Shown here piece by piece: positions 26,656 through 38,200 of a stretch of 64,000 bases of DNA (its first letter is position 1; every line of letters begins with the position of its first letter). Source of the DNA: the human T2T-CHM13v2.0 reference genome, Homo sapiens; assembly GCF_009914755.1 (NCBI RefSeq), contig NC_060938.1. One strand, 5' to 3'. Under the pieces are notes generated by a model, which saw nothing but the letters and a program-made list of their open reading frames with translations, was not told the DNA's origin and searched no databases. Position numbers and translations under genes: made by a program.

Positions 26656-29600
26656 ACTGCTCAATGGGAAGAAATTTTTACTTCTGTGTGATAAATGCAA
26701 ACGTCACAAAGGAGTTACTCAGAAAACTTCTTTCTACTTTTAATGTGAAGATATTTCCTTTTTCACCATATGCCTCAATGTGCTCGCAGATATCCCTTTG
26801 CAGATTCTACAAAAATATGGTTTCCAAACTGCTCAATAAACAGAATGGTTCAACCCTGTGAGACAAATGTGCACATCACAAAGAAGTTTCTCAGAAAACT
26901 CCCGTCTCATTTTTATGTGAAGATATTTCCTTTTTGAACATAGGCCTCAACGCACTCCCAAATATACCTTTGCAGAATCTACAAAAAGACTGTTTTCAAA
27001 CTGCTCAATCAAAAGAAAGTTTCAACTCTGTTAGATGAATGCACACATCAGAAGTAGTTTCTCAGCAAGCTTCTCACAAGTTTTTATGTGAAGATATTTC
27101 CTTTTTCAACGTGGGTCTCAAAGCACTCAAAAAAATCCCTTTGCAGACTCTAGAATAACAGAGTTTACAAACTGCTCAATGAAAAGAAATGTTTACCTCT
27201 GTGAGATGAATATACATATCTTAAAGCAGCTTCTCAGAATGCTTCTTTCTAGTTTTTATGTGAAGATATTTCCTTTTTCACCATAGGCCTCAACTTGCTC
27301 CTAAATATCCCTTTGCAGATTCTACAAAAAGACTGTTTCCAAACTGCTCAATCAAAACAAACGTTAAACTCTATGAGATAAATGAACACATAACAAAATT
27401 TTCTCAGAAAACTTTTGTCTAGTTTTTATGTGAAGATATTTCCTTATTCACCATAGGCCTCAAAGTGCTACAAATATCCCTCTGCAGATTCTACAAAAAA
27501 AGACTGTTTGCAAACTGCTCAATCCAAAGAATGTTTCACCTCTTTGTGATGAATGCACACATCCAAAGAAATTTCTCAGAAACTTTCTTTATGGTTTTTC
27601 TGTGAAGATATTTCCTTTTTCAACATAGGCCTCAAAGACCTCACAAATATCCCTTTGCAGATTCTACAAAAAGACTGTTTCCAAACCGCTCAATAAAAAG
27701 AATTATTGAACACTGTCAGATGAATGCACACAGCTCAAAGAAGTTTCTCAGAATCCTCCAGTCTAGTTTTTATGTGAATATATTTCCTTTTTCATGATAG
27801 GCCTCAAAGTGCTCCAAATATCCTTTGCAGAGTCTACAAAAAGACTGTTTCCAAACTGCTCAATAAAAACAAAGGTTCAACTCTGTGTGGTGAATGCACA
27901 CATCACGAAGCAGTTTCTCAGAATGCATCTGTCTAGTTTTTCACCATAAGCCTCAAAGTGCTCACAAATATCCCTTTGCAGCTTCTACAAAAATACTTCT
28001 TCCAAATTGCTCAATCAAAAGAAAGGTTCAAGTCTGTGAGATGTATTCACACCACAAAGAGGTTTCTCAGAAAGCTTCTCTCTAGTTTTTATGTGAAGAT
28101 ATTTCCTTTTTCACCATAGGCCTCAAAGCATTTACAAATATCCCTTTGCAGATACTACAAAAAGACTCTACACATTGCTCAATCAAAAGAATGTTTCAAC
28201 TCTGTAAGGCGAATACTCACATCACCAGGATGTTTCTCAGAAAGCTTCTGTGTAGTTTTTATGTGAAGATATGTCCTTTTTCACCACACACCTCAAAGGG
28301 CTCACAAATATCCCTTTGCAGATCTTACAAGATTTTCCAATCTTCTCAATGAAAAGAAACAGACACATCTGGGAGATGAATGCACATATCACAAAGCAGT
28401 TTTTGAGAAACATTCTGTCTAGTTTTTATGTGAAGGTATCTCCTTTTCCACCACAGGATGCAAAGCACTCAAAATTGTCCCTTTGCAGATTCTACAAAAA
28501 GATTGTTTCCACACTGCTCATCAAAAGAAACGTTCAACTCTGTGAGATGAATGCACACGTCAAAAAGTAGTTTCTCAGAAAGCTTCTATTAAGTTTTTAT
28601 GTGAATGTTTCCTTTTTCCCCATGAGCCTCAAGGTGCTCAAAAGTATCCACTTGAAGAATGTTTAAAAAGACTGTTTCCAAACTGCTCAATCAAAAGAAA
28701 GTTTGAACTACGTGAGATGAATGCACACATCACAAATAAGTTTCTCAGAAACCTTCTTTATAGTTTTTCTGTGAAGATATTTCCTTTTTCACCATAGGCC
28801 TCAAAGCCCTCACAAATATCTCTTTGCAGATTCTACAAAAAGACTGTTTCCAAACCGCTCAATAAAAAGAATTATTGAACTTTGTGAGATGAATGCACAC
28901 ATCTCAAAGAAGTTTCTCAGAAACTTTCAGTCTGGTTTTTATGTGAAGATATTTCATTTTTCACCATAGGCCTCAAAGTGCTCCAAATATCCATTTGCAG
29001 AGTCCACAAAAAGACTGTTTCCAAGTGGCTCAATGGAAAGAAAGTTTCAACTCTGTGAGATGAATGCACACATCACTAAGAAGTTTTGAAGGAGGCTTCT
29101 GTCTAGTTTTTATATGAAGACATTTCCTTTTTCACCATAGGCCTCCATCTGCTCAAAAATATCCCTTAGCAGATTCTGCAAGAACAGAATTTCCAGACTG
29201 ATCAAAGAAAACAAACGTTTTTCTCTGTGAGATGAATGCACACATCACAAAACAGTTTCTCAGAAACCTTCTTTATACTTTTTATGTGATGATATTTCTT
29301 TTTTCTCCTTAGGACTCAAAGCACTCAAAAATATCCCTTTGCAGCTTCTACAAAAAGATTGTTTCCGAAGTGCTCAATCAAAGAATAGTTCAACTCCCTG
29401 TGATGAATGCATACATCACAAAGAAGTTTCTCAGGAACCTTGTTTATAGTTTTTATGTGAAGATATTTCCTTTTCCACCACAGGCCTCAAAGTGCTCAGT
29501 AATATCCCTTTGTAGATTCTGGAAAAAGACTGCTTCCCAACTGCTCAATCAAAAAAATGTTTGAACTCTGTGAGATGGATGCACACATCAAAAGAAGGTT

Positions 29601-32200
29601 TCTCAGAAATCTTCTGTCCATTTTTTATGTGAAGATATTTCCTTTTTCACCATAGCACTCCAAGTCATGACAAATATCCCTTGCAGATTCTACAAAAAGA
29701 CTGTTTCCAGACTATTCAATCAAAAGAATGGTTCAACTCTGTGAGATGATTGCACACATCACAAGGAAGCCACTAAGAAAGCTTCTGTCTAGTTTTTAAG
29801 TGAAGATGTTTCCTTTTTCACCATAGGCCTTAAAGCACTCACAAATATCCCTTTGCAGATTCTACAAGAACAGAGTTTCCAGACTGATCATAGAAAATAA
29901 AAGTTTACCTCTCTGAGATCAATGCACACACCACAAAGCTGTTTCTAAGAAACCTTCTTTATACCTTTTATATGAATATATTTCCTCTTTCACCATTGGC
30001 CTCAAAGCTCTCATAAATATCCCTTTGCAGCTTCCACAAACAGACGGTTTCCATACTGCTCAATCAAAAGTAAGTTTCAACTTTGTGAGATGAACGTCCA
30101 CATCACAAAGAGGTTTCTCAGAAAGCCTCTCTCTAATTTTTATGTGAAGATATTTCCTTTTTCACCATAGGCTTCAAAGCACTCACAAATATCCCTTTGC
30201 AGACTCTACAAGAACAGTTTCCAGACAGATCAGAGAAAAGAAACGTTTACCTCTGTGAGATGAATGCCTACATCACAAAACTGTTTCTGAGAAACCTTGT
30301 TTATACTTTTTAAGTGAATACATTTCCTTTTTCCCCATAGGCCTCAAAGCACTCATAAATATCCCTTTGCAGATTCTACAAAAAGAGTGTTTCCAAACTG
30401 TTCAATCAAAAGAATGGTTGAACTCCACGAGATGAATGCACACATCACAAAGAAGTTTCTTGGAAAGTTTCTGTCTAGTTTTTATGTGAAGATATTTCCT
30501 ATTTCATCATGGGCCTCATAGCTCTCAAAAATATGCCTTTACAGATTCTACAAAAATACTGCTTCCAAATTGCTCAATCCAAAGAAAGTTTCAAATCTGT
30601 GAGATGAATGCACACATCACAAGGAGGTTTCTCAGAAGGCTTCTCTCTAGTTTTCATGTGAAAATATTTCGTTTTTCACCATAGGCTTCCAAAGCATCAC
30701 AAATATCCCTTTTCAGATTCTACCAAAATACTGTATACAAACTGCCCAATCAAAAGAATATTTCAACTCTGAGAGATGAATTCTCGCATCTCCAAGAAGT
30801 TTCACAGAAAGCTTCCATCTAGTTTTTATGTGAAGATGGTTCCTTTTTCACCATAGACCTCAAAGTACTACAAATATTCCTTTGCAGATTTTACAAGAAC
30901 ATAATTTCCAATCTGTTCAATAAAAAGAAATGGTTACCTCTGTGAGATGAAAACACAGATCACAAAGCAGTTTCTCAGAAATATTCCGTCTAGTTTTTAT
31001 GTAAAAATAATTGCTTTTCCAACATAGGACACAAAACGCTAACTAAAAACCCTTTGGAAATTCTACAAAATACTGTTTCCAAAATGCTCATCAAAAGACA
31101 GGTTCACCTCTATGAGATGAATGCACATATCAAAAAGATGATTCTCAAAAAACTTCTATCTCGTTTTTATGTGAAAGTGTTTCCTTTTTCACTATGGGCC
31201 TCAAAGTGCTCAAAAATATCCCTTTGCAGATCCTAAAAAAAGACTGTTTCTAAACAGCTGAGTCAAAGGAATGGTTCAACTCTGTGAGATGAATGCACAC
31301 ATCATAAAGAAGTTTCTCACAAACCTTCCTTATAGTTTTTATGTGAAGATATTTTCTTTTAACCATAGGACTCAAAGCCCTCACAAATATCCCTTTGCAG
31401 ATTCTACAAAAAGACGGTTTCCCAACTGCTCAATCAAAAGAATTGTTGAACTCTGTGAGGTGAATGCATACATCACAAAGCAGTTTCTCAGAAATCTTTA
31501 GTGTAGTTTTTATGTGAAGATAATTTCCCTTTCACCATAGGCCTCAAAGTGCTCAGAAATATCCCTTTACAAATTCCACAAAAAGATGTTTCCAAACTGC
31601 TCAATCAAAAGACAGTTTCAATTCTGTGAGATGAATGCACACATCACCAAGAAGTTTCTCAGTAGGCTTCTGTCTAGTTTTTATGTGAAGATAATTTCTT
31701 TTTCACCATAGGGCTCCAGGCACTCAAAAATGTCCCTTAGCACATTATACAAGAACAGAGTTTCCTAACTGATCAAAGAAAAGAATCGTTTACCTCTGAG
31801 AGATGAATGCAGACATCACAAAACAGTTTCTCAGAAACCTTCTTTATAGTTTTCTGTGAAGATACCTCTTTTCCTGCATAGGCCTCAGAGTGCTCACAAA
31901 TATCCGTTTGCAGATTCTTCAAAAAGACTGTTTCCAAACAGCTGAATTAAAAGAGAGGTTCAAATCTGTGAGACGAATGCACATATCACCAAGAAGTATC
32001 TCAGAAACTTTATTTATACTTTGAATGTGAAGTTATTTCCTTTGTCACAATAGGCCTCACAGTGTTCAAAAATACCCCTTTTGAGATTGTACAAGAACAG
32101 AGTTTCCAGACTGATTGGAGAAAAGAAACACTTACCTCTGTGAGATGAATGCACACACCACAAGGTTGTTTTAACAAAACCTGCTTTATACTTCTTATGT
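26656..32200 (-). repeat. Monomeric alpha satellite, 172-bp layer, opposite orientation
   Basis: ctcacaaatatccctttgcagattctacaaaaagactgtttccaaactgctc monomers. gtgaagatat recurs at 28771 and 28943 (period 172). Confidence 0.93.
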
Positions 32201-35200
32201 GAAGATATGTCCTTTTCCACTACAGGATTCACAGCGCTCCAAATATCCAATGGCAGATTCTACAAAAAGAGTGTTTCAAAACTGCTCAACAAAAAGTAAG
32301 TTCAACTCTGTGAGATGAATGCACACAACACAAAGAAGTTTCTCAGAATGCTTCTGTCTAGTTTTTATGTGAAGATATTTCCTTTTCCACCATAGGCATC
32401 AAAGCACTCTAAATATCCACTTGCAGATTCTACAAAAAGAGTGTTTCTAAACTGCTCAATCAAAAGAAAGGTTCAACTCTGTGAGCTGAAAGCACACATC
32501 ACAAAGAAGTTTCTCAGAATGCTTCTATCTTGTTTTTATGTGATGATATTTCCTTTTCCACAATAGGCCACAAAGCGCTCCAAATATCCACTTGCAGATT
32601 CTACAAAAAGTGTGTTTCAACACTGCTCAATCAAAATAAAGGTTCAACTTTGTGAGTTGAATACACACATCACAAAGAAGTTTCTCAGAATGCTTCTGGC
32701 TAGTTTTTATGTGAAGATACATTCTTTTCCACCATATGCCTCAAAGTGATCCAAATATCCACTTGCAGATTCTACAAAAAGAGTGTTTCAAAACTGCTCA
32801 ATGAAAAGAATGGTTCAACTCTGTGAGATGAATGCACACATCACAAAGAAGTTTCTCTGAATGCTTCTGTCTAGTTTTTATGTGCAGATATTTCCTTTTC
32901 CACTATAGGCCTCAAAGCTGTCCAAATACAAATTTGCAGATGTTACAAAAAGAATGTTTCCAACCTGCTCAATAAAAAGACATGTTCAACTCGATGAGTT
33001 GAATGCACACATCACAAAAAAAGTTTCTCAGAATGCTTCTGTGTAGTTTTTATGTGAAGATATTTCCTTTTCCACCATAGGCCTCAAAGGGCTCTAAATA
33101 TCCAACTGCTGATTCTACAAAAAGAGTGTTTCAAAACTGCTCAATCAAAAGAAATGTTCAACTCCATGAGTTGAATGTGCACATCACAAAGAAATATCTT
33201 AGAATTATTCTGTCTAGTTTTTATGTGAAGATATTTCCTTTTCTATCATGGCCATAAAGTGCTCCACATATCCACTTGAAGGTTCTACAAAAAGAGTGTT
33301 TCAAAACTGCTCAATGAAAAGAATGGTTCAACTCTGTGAGATGAATGCACACATCACAAAGAAGTTTCTCAGAATGCTTCTGTCTGGCTTAAGGCCACAT
33401 AGCGCTCCAAATTGCAGGTTCTACAAAAGGAGTCTTTCAAAACTGCTCTATCAAAAGAAGGTTTCCATTCCGTGAGTTGAATGCACACATCCAAAGAAGT
33501 TTCTCAGAATGCTTCTGTCTACGATTTATGTGAAGATATTTCCTTTTCCACTATAGGCCTCAAAGTGCTCCAAATATCCATTGGCAGATTTTACAAAAAG
33601 AGTGTTTCAAAACTGCTCAATCAAAAGAAAGGTTGAACACTGTGAGTTGAATGCACACATCACAAAGAAGTTTCTCAAAATGCTTCTCTGTAGTTTTTAT
33701 GTGAAGATATTTCCTTTTCCACCATAGGCCTAAAAGTGCTCCAAATATCCATTTGCAGATTCTACAAAAAGAGACATTCAAAACTGCTCAATCAAAAGAA
33801 AGGTTCAAGTCTGTGAGTTGAATGCACACATAACAAAGAACGTTCTCAGAATGCTTCTGTCTAGTTTTTATGTGAATATATTTGCTTCACCACTATAGGC
33901 CACAAAGCACTCCAAATATCCACCTGCAGATTCTACAAAACAGTATTTCAAAACTGCTCAATCAAAAGAATGGTTCAACTCTGTGAGATGAATGCACACA
34001 TCACAAAGAAGTATCACAGAATGCTTCTGTGAATACATATTTCGTTTTCCACCATAGGCCTCAAAGTGCTACAAATATCCACTGGCACACTGTACAGAAA
34101 GAGTGTTTCAAAACTGGTCAATAAAAAGAAAATTTCAACTCTGTGAAATGAATGCACATATCACAAAGATGTTTCTGAGAATGTTCTGTCTAATTTTTAT
34201 GTGAATATATTTCCTTTTCCCCTATAGGCCACAAAGTGCTCCAAATATCCACTTTCACACTCTACAAAAAGAGCGTTTCAAAACGGCTCAATCAAAAGAA
34301 AGGTTGAACTCTGTGAGTTGAATGCACTCATCACAAAAAGTTTCTCAGAATGCTTCTCCATTGTTTTTATGTGAAGATATATCCTTTTCCACAATAGGCC
34401 ACAAAGCGCTACAAATATCCACTTGCAGATCCTAAAAAAAGTGTGTTTCAAAACTGCTCAATCAAAAGAAAGGTTCAACTCTGTGAGTTGAATGCACTCA
34501 TCACAAACCAATTTCTCAGAATGCTTCTGTGTAGTTTTCATGTGAAGTTATTTCCTTTTCCACCATAGGCCTCAAAGCGCTCCAAGTATCCAATTGGAGA
34601 TTCTACAGAAAGACTATTTCCAAACTGCTCAATCAAAAGGAAGCTTCAACTCTGTGAGATGAAGGCATACATCACAAAGAAGTTTCTCAGAATGCTGTTG
34701 TCTAGTTTTTATGTGAAGATATTGCCTTTTCCACTTAAGGCCACATAGCGCTCCAAAGATCCACTTGCAGATTCTACAAAAGGAGTCTTTCAAAGCTGCT
34801 CAATCAAAAGAAGGATTCTACTCTTTGAGTTGAATGCACACATCACAAAGAAGTTTCTCAGAATGCTTCTGTGTACTATTTATGTGAAGATATTTCCTTT
34901 ACCACCATAGGCCTCAAAGCGCTCCAAAGATCCACTGGCAGATTTTACAAAAAGAGTGTTTCAAAACTGCTGAATCAAAAGAAAGGTTGAACTCTGTGAG
35001 TTGAATGCACACATCACAAAGAAGTTTCTCAGAATGCTTCTGTCTAATTTTTATGTGAAAATATTTCGTTTTCCACCATAGGCCTCAATGTGCTCCAAAT
35101 ATCCACTTGCAGATTCTACAAAAAGAGTGTTTCCAATCTTCTCAACCAAAAGAACGGTTCAACTCTGTGAGATGAAACCACATATCACAAAGAAGTTTCT

Positions 35201-38200
35201 CAGAAATTTCTGTCTAGTTTTTATGTGAGAATATTTCCTATTTCATCCATAGGCATCAATGGGCTGAGAAGTATCCCTTCACAGATTCTACAAGAGGACT
35301 GTTTCCAAGCTGCTCAATTGAAAGAAATGTTCAACTCTTTGTGATGAATGTGCATATCACAAATAAGTTTCTCAGAATGTTTCTGTCTAGTTTTTATGTG
35401 AAGGTATTTCGTTTTCCACTATAGGCCGTAAAGCACTCCAAATATCCACTTGCAGATTCTACAAAAAGACTGTTTCCAAACTACTCAATCAAAAGAAATG
35501 TTCAACTTTTTTAGTTGAATGCACGCATCACAAAGAAGTTTCTCAGCATGCTTCTGTCTAGTTTTTATGTGAAGATGTTTCCTTTTCCACCAGAGGCCTC
35601 AAAGCGCTTCAAATATACACTTGCAGATACTGCAAAAAGAGGGTTTCAAAACTGCTCAATCAAAAGAAAGTTTGAAGTCTGTGAGATGAATGCACACATC
35701 ACAAAGAAGTTTCTAAGAATGCTTCCATCTGAATTTTATGTGAGGATATTTCCTTTTTCACCATAGGCCTCAATACGCTCCAAATATCCATTTATAGATA
35801 ATACAAATGACTGTATCCAAACCGCTCAATCAAAAGAAAGTTCAACTGTGTATGATGAATACACACATCACAAGGAAGTTTCTCAGAAAGTTTTTGTCTA
35901 ATTTTTAGGTGAAGTTATTTCTTACTTCCCCAGAGGCCTCAATGGGCTCTCAAATATTCCCTTTCATATTCTACTAAACGACTGTATCGAATCTGCTCAA
36001 TCAAAAGAAAGGTTTAACAGTGTGAGACGAAAATACACCTTCCTGGGAAGTTTCTCAGAATTCTTCTTTCTAGTTTTTTATGTGAAGATATTTCCTTTTC
36101 GACTATAGGCCTCAAATCGTTCCAAATATCCACTTGCAGATACTACAAATAGAGCGTTTCAAAACTGCTCAATCAAAAGAAAGGTTCAACTCTGTGAGAT
36201 GAATGCAGACATCACAAAGAAGTTTCTCAGAATGCTTCTGCCTTGTTTTTATGTGAAGATATTTCCTTTTTCACCATAGGCCTCAAAGCACTGGTAATAT
36301 CCATTTGCAGGTACTACAAAAAGACTGTTCCCAAACAGCTCAATAAAAAGAAAGTTTCAACTCTATGAGATGAAAGCAAATATCACAAAGAAGTTTCTCG
36401 GAAACTTTCTATCTAGTTTTTATGTGAACATATTTCTTATCACCCCATAGACCTCAATGGCTCACAAGTATCCTTCTGCAGATTATAAAAAACGACTGTT
36501 TCCAAACCACTCAATCACAGGAAAGGTTCCACTCTGTGAAATGAATGCACCCATCACAGAGAAGTTTCTCAGAATGCTTCTGTCTCGTTTTTATGTGAAG
36601 AAGATTCCTTTTCCACCATATTCCTCTTGCACTCTAAATAAACACTTGCAGATTCTGCTATAAAAGTGTTTCAAAACTGCTCAATCAAAAGAAAGGTTCT
36701 AGTCAGTGAGATGAATGCACACATCACAAAGAAGTTTCTATGAATGCTTCTGTCTGATTTATATTGAAGATATTTCCTTTTTCACCGTAGGCCTCAGAGC
36801 GCTTAAAATATCCATTTGCAGATACTAGAAAAAGACTGTTTCCAAACTGCTCAATCAAAATAAAGTTCAACTCAGTGAGATGAATGCACACATCACAAAG
36901 ACGTTTCTGAGAAAGATTCTGTCTAGTTTTTATGTGAAGATATTTCCTAATTCCCCAGAGGCATCAATGGGCTCACAAATATTCCTTTGCATATTCTACA
37001 AAATGACTGTTTAGAAGGTGCTCAGTCAAAAAAAAAAAGTGCAACACTGTGAGATGAACGTGCACATTCAAAGGAAGTTTCTCAGAATTCTTCTGTCTAG
37101 TTTTTATGTGAAGATATTTCCTTTTTCACTATAGGCCACAAAGTGCTCCAAATATCCACTTGCAGACTCTACAAAAAGAGTGTATCCACACTGCTCAATC
37201 AAAAGAAAATTTCAACTGTGTGAGATGAATGCACACATCACAAATAAATTTCTCCAAAACTTCTGCCTACTTTTTATGGGAAGATATTTCGTTTTTCAAC
37301 ATAGGCCAAAAGCGCTCCAAATATCAATTTGCAGATTCTACAAAAAGACTGTTTCCAAACTGCTCAATCAAGAGAAAGTTTCAACCCGGTGAGTTGAAGT
37401 CACACATGACAAAATAGTTTCTCAGAAAGTATCTGTCTAGTTTTTATGTGAAGATATTTCCTATCTCCACAGAAGCCTCAATGGGCTCACAAATATCCCT
37501 TTGCAGATTCTACAAAACGACAGTTTCAAAACTGTGAATCAAAAGAAAGGTTCAACTCTTTGAGATGAATGCACACAACATGAAGTTCCTCAGAATGCTT
37601 CTGTCTATTTTTATGTGAAGATATATTCTTTTCTACCATAGACCACAAAACCCTCCAAATATCCCCTTGCAGTTTCTACTAAAAGAGTGTTTCCAAACTG
37701 CTCAATCAAAAGAAAGTTTCAACTCTGTGAGATGAATGAATACATCATTAAGAAATTTCTCAGTAATTTTCTGTCTAGTTTTTATGTGAAGATATTTCCT
37801 TTCCTACTATAGGCCTGAAAGTGCTCCAAATATCCGTTTGCAGATACTGCAAAAAGACTGTTTCCAAACTGCTCAATCAAAGGAAAGGTCCAACTCTGTG
37901 ATTTGAAAGCACGCATCTCAAAGAGATTACTCAGAATGATTCTGTCTAGTTTTTATGTGAAGATATTTGCTTTTCCACCAGTGGCCTCAAACTCTCCAAA
38001 TATCCACTTGCAGATTCTACAAGAGTGTTTCAAAACTGCTCAATCAAAAGAAAGTTTCAACACTGTGAGATGAATGCACAAATCACAAAGCACTTTCTTA
38101 GAATGCTTCTGTCTAGCTTTTATGTGAAGATATTTCCTTTTTCACCATAGGCTGCAAAGTGCTCCAAATATCCCCTTCAGATTCTACAGAAAGAGTGTTT

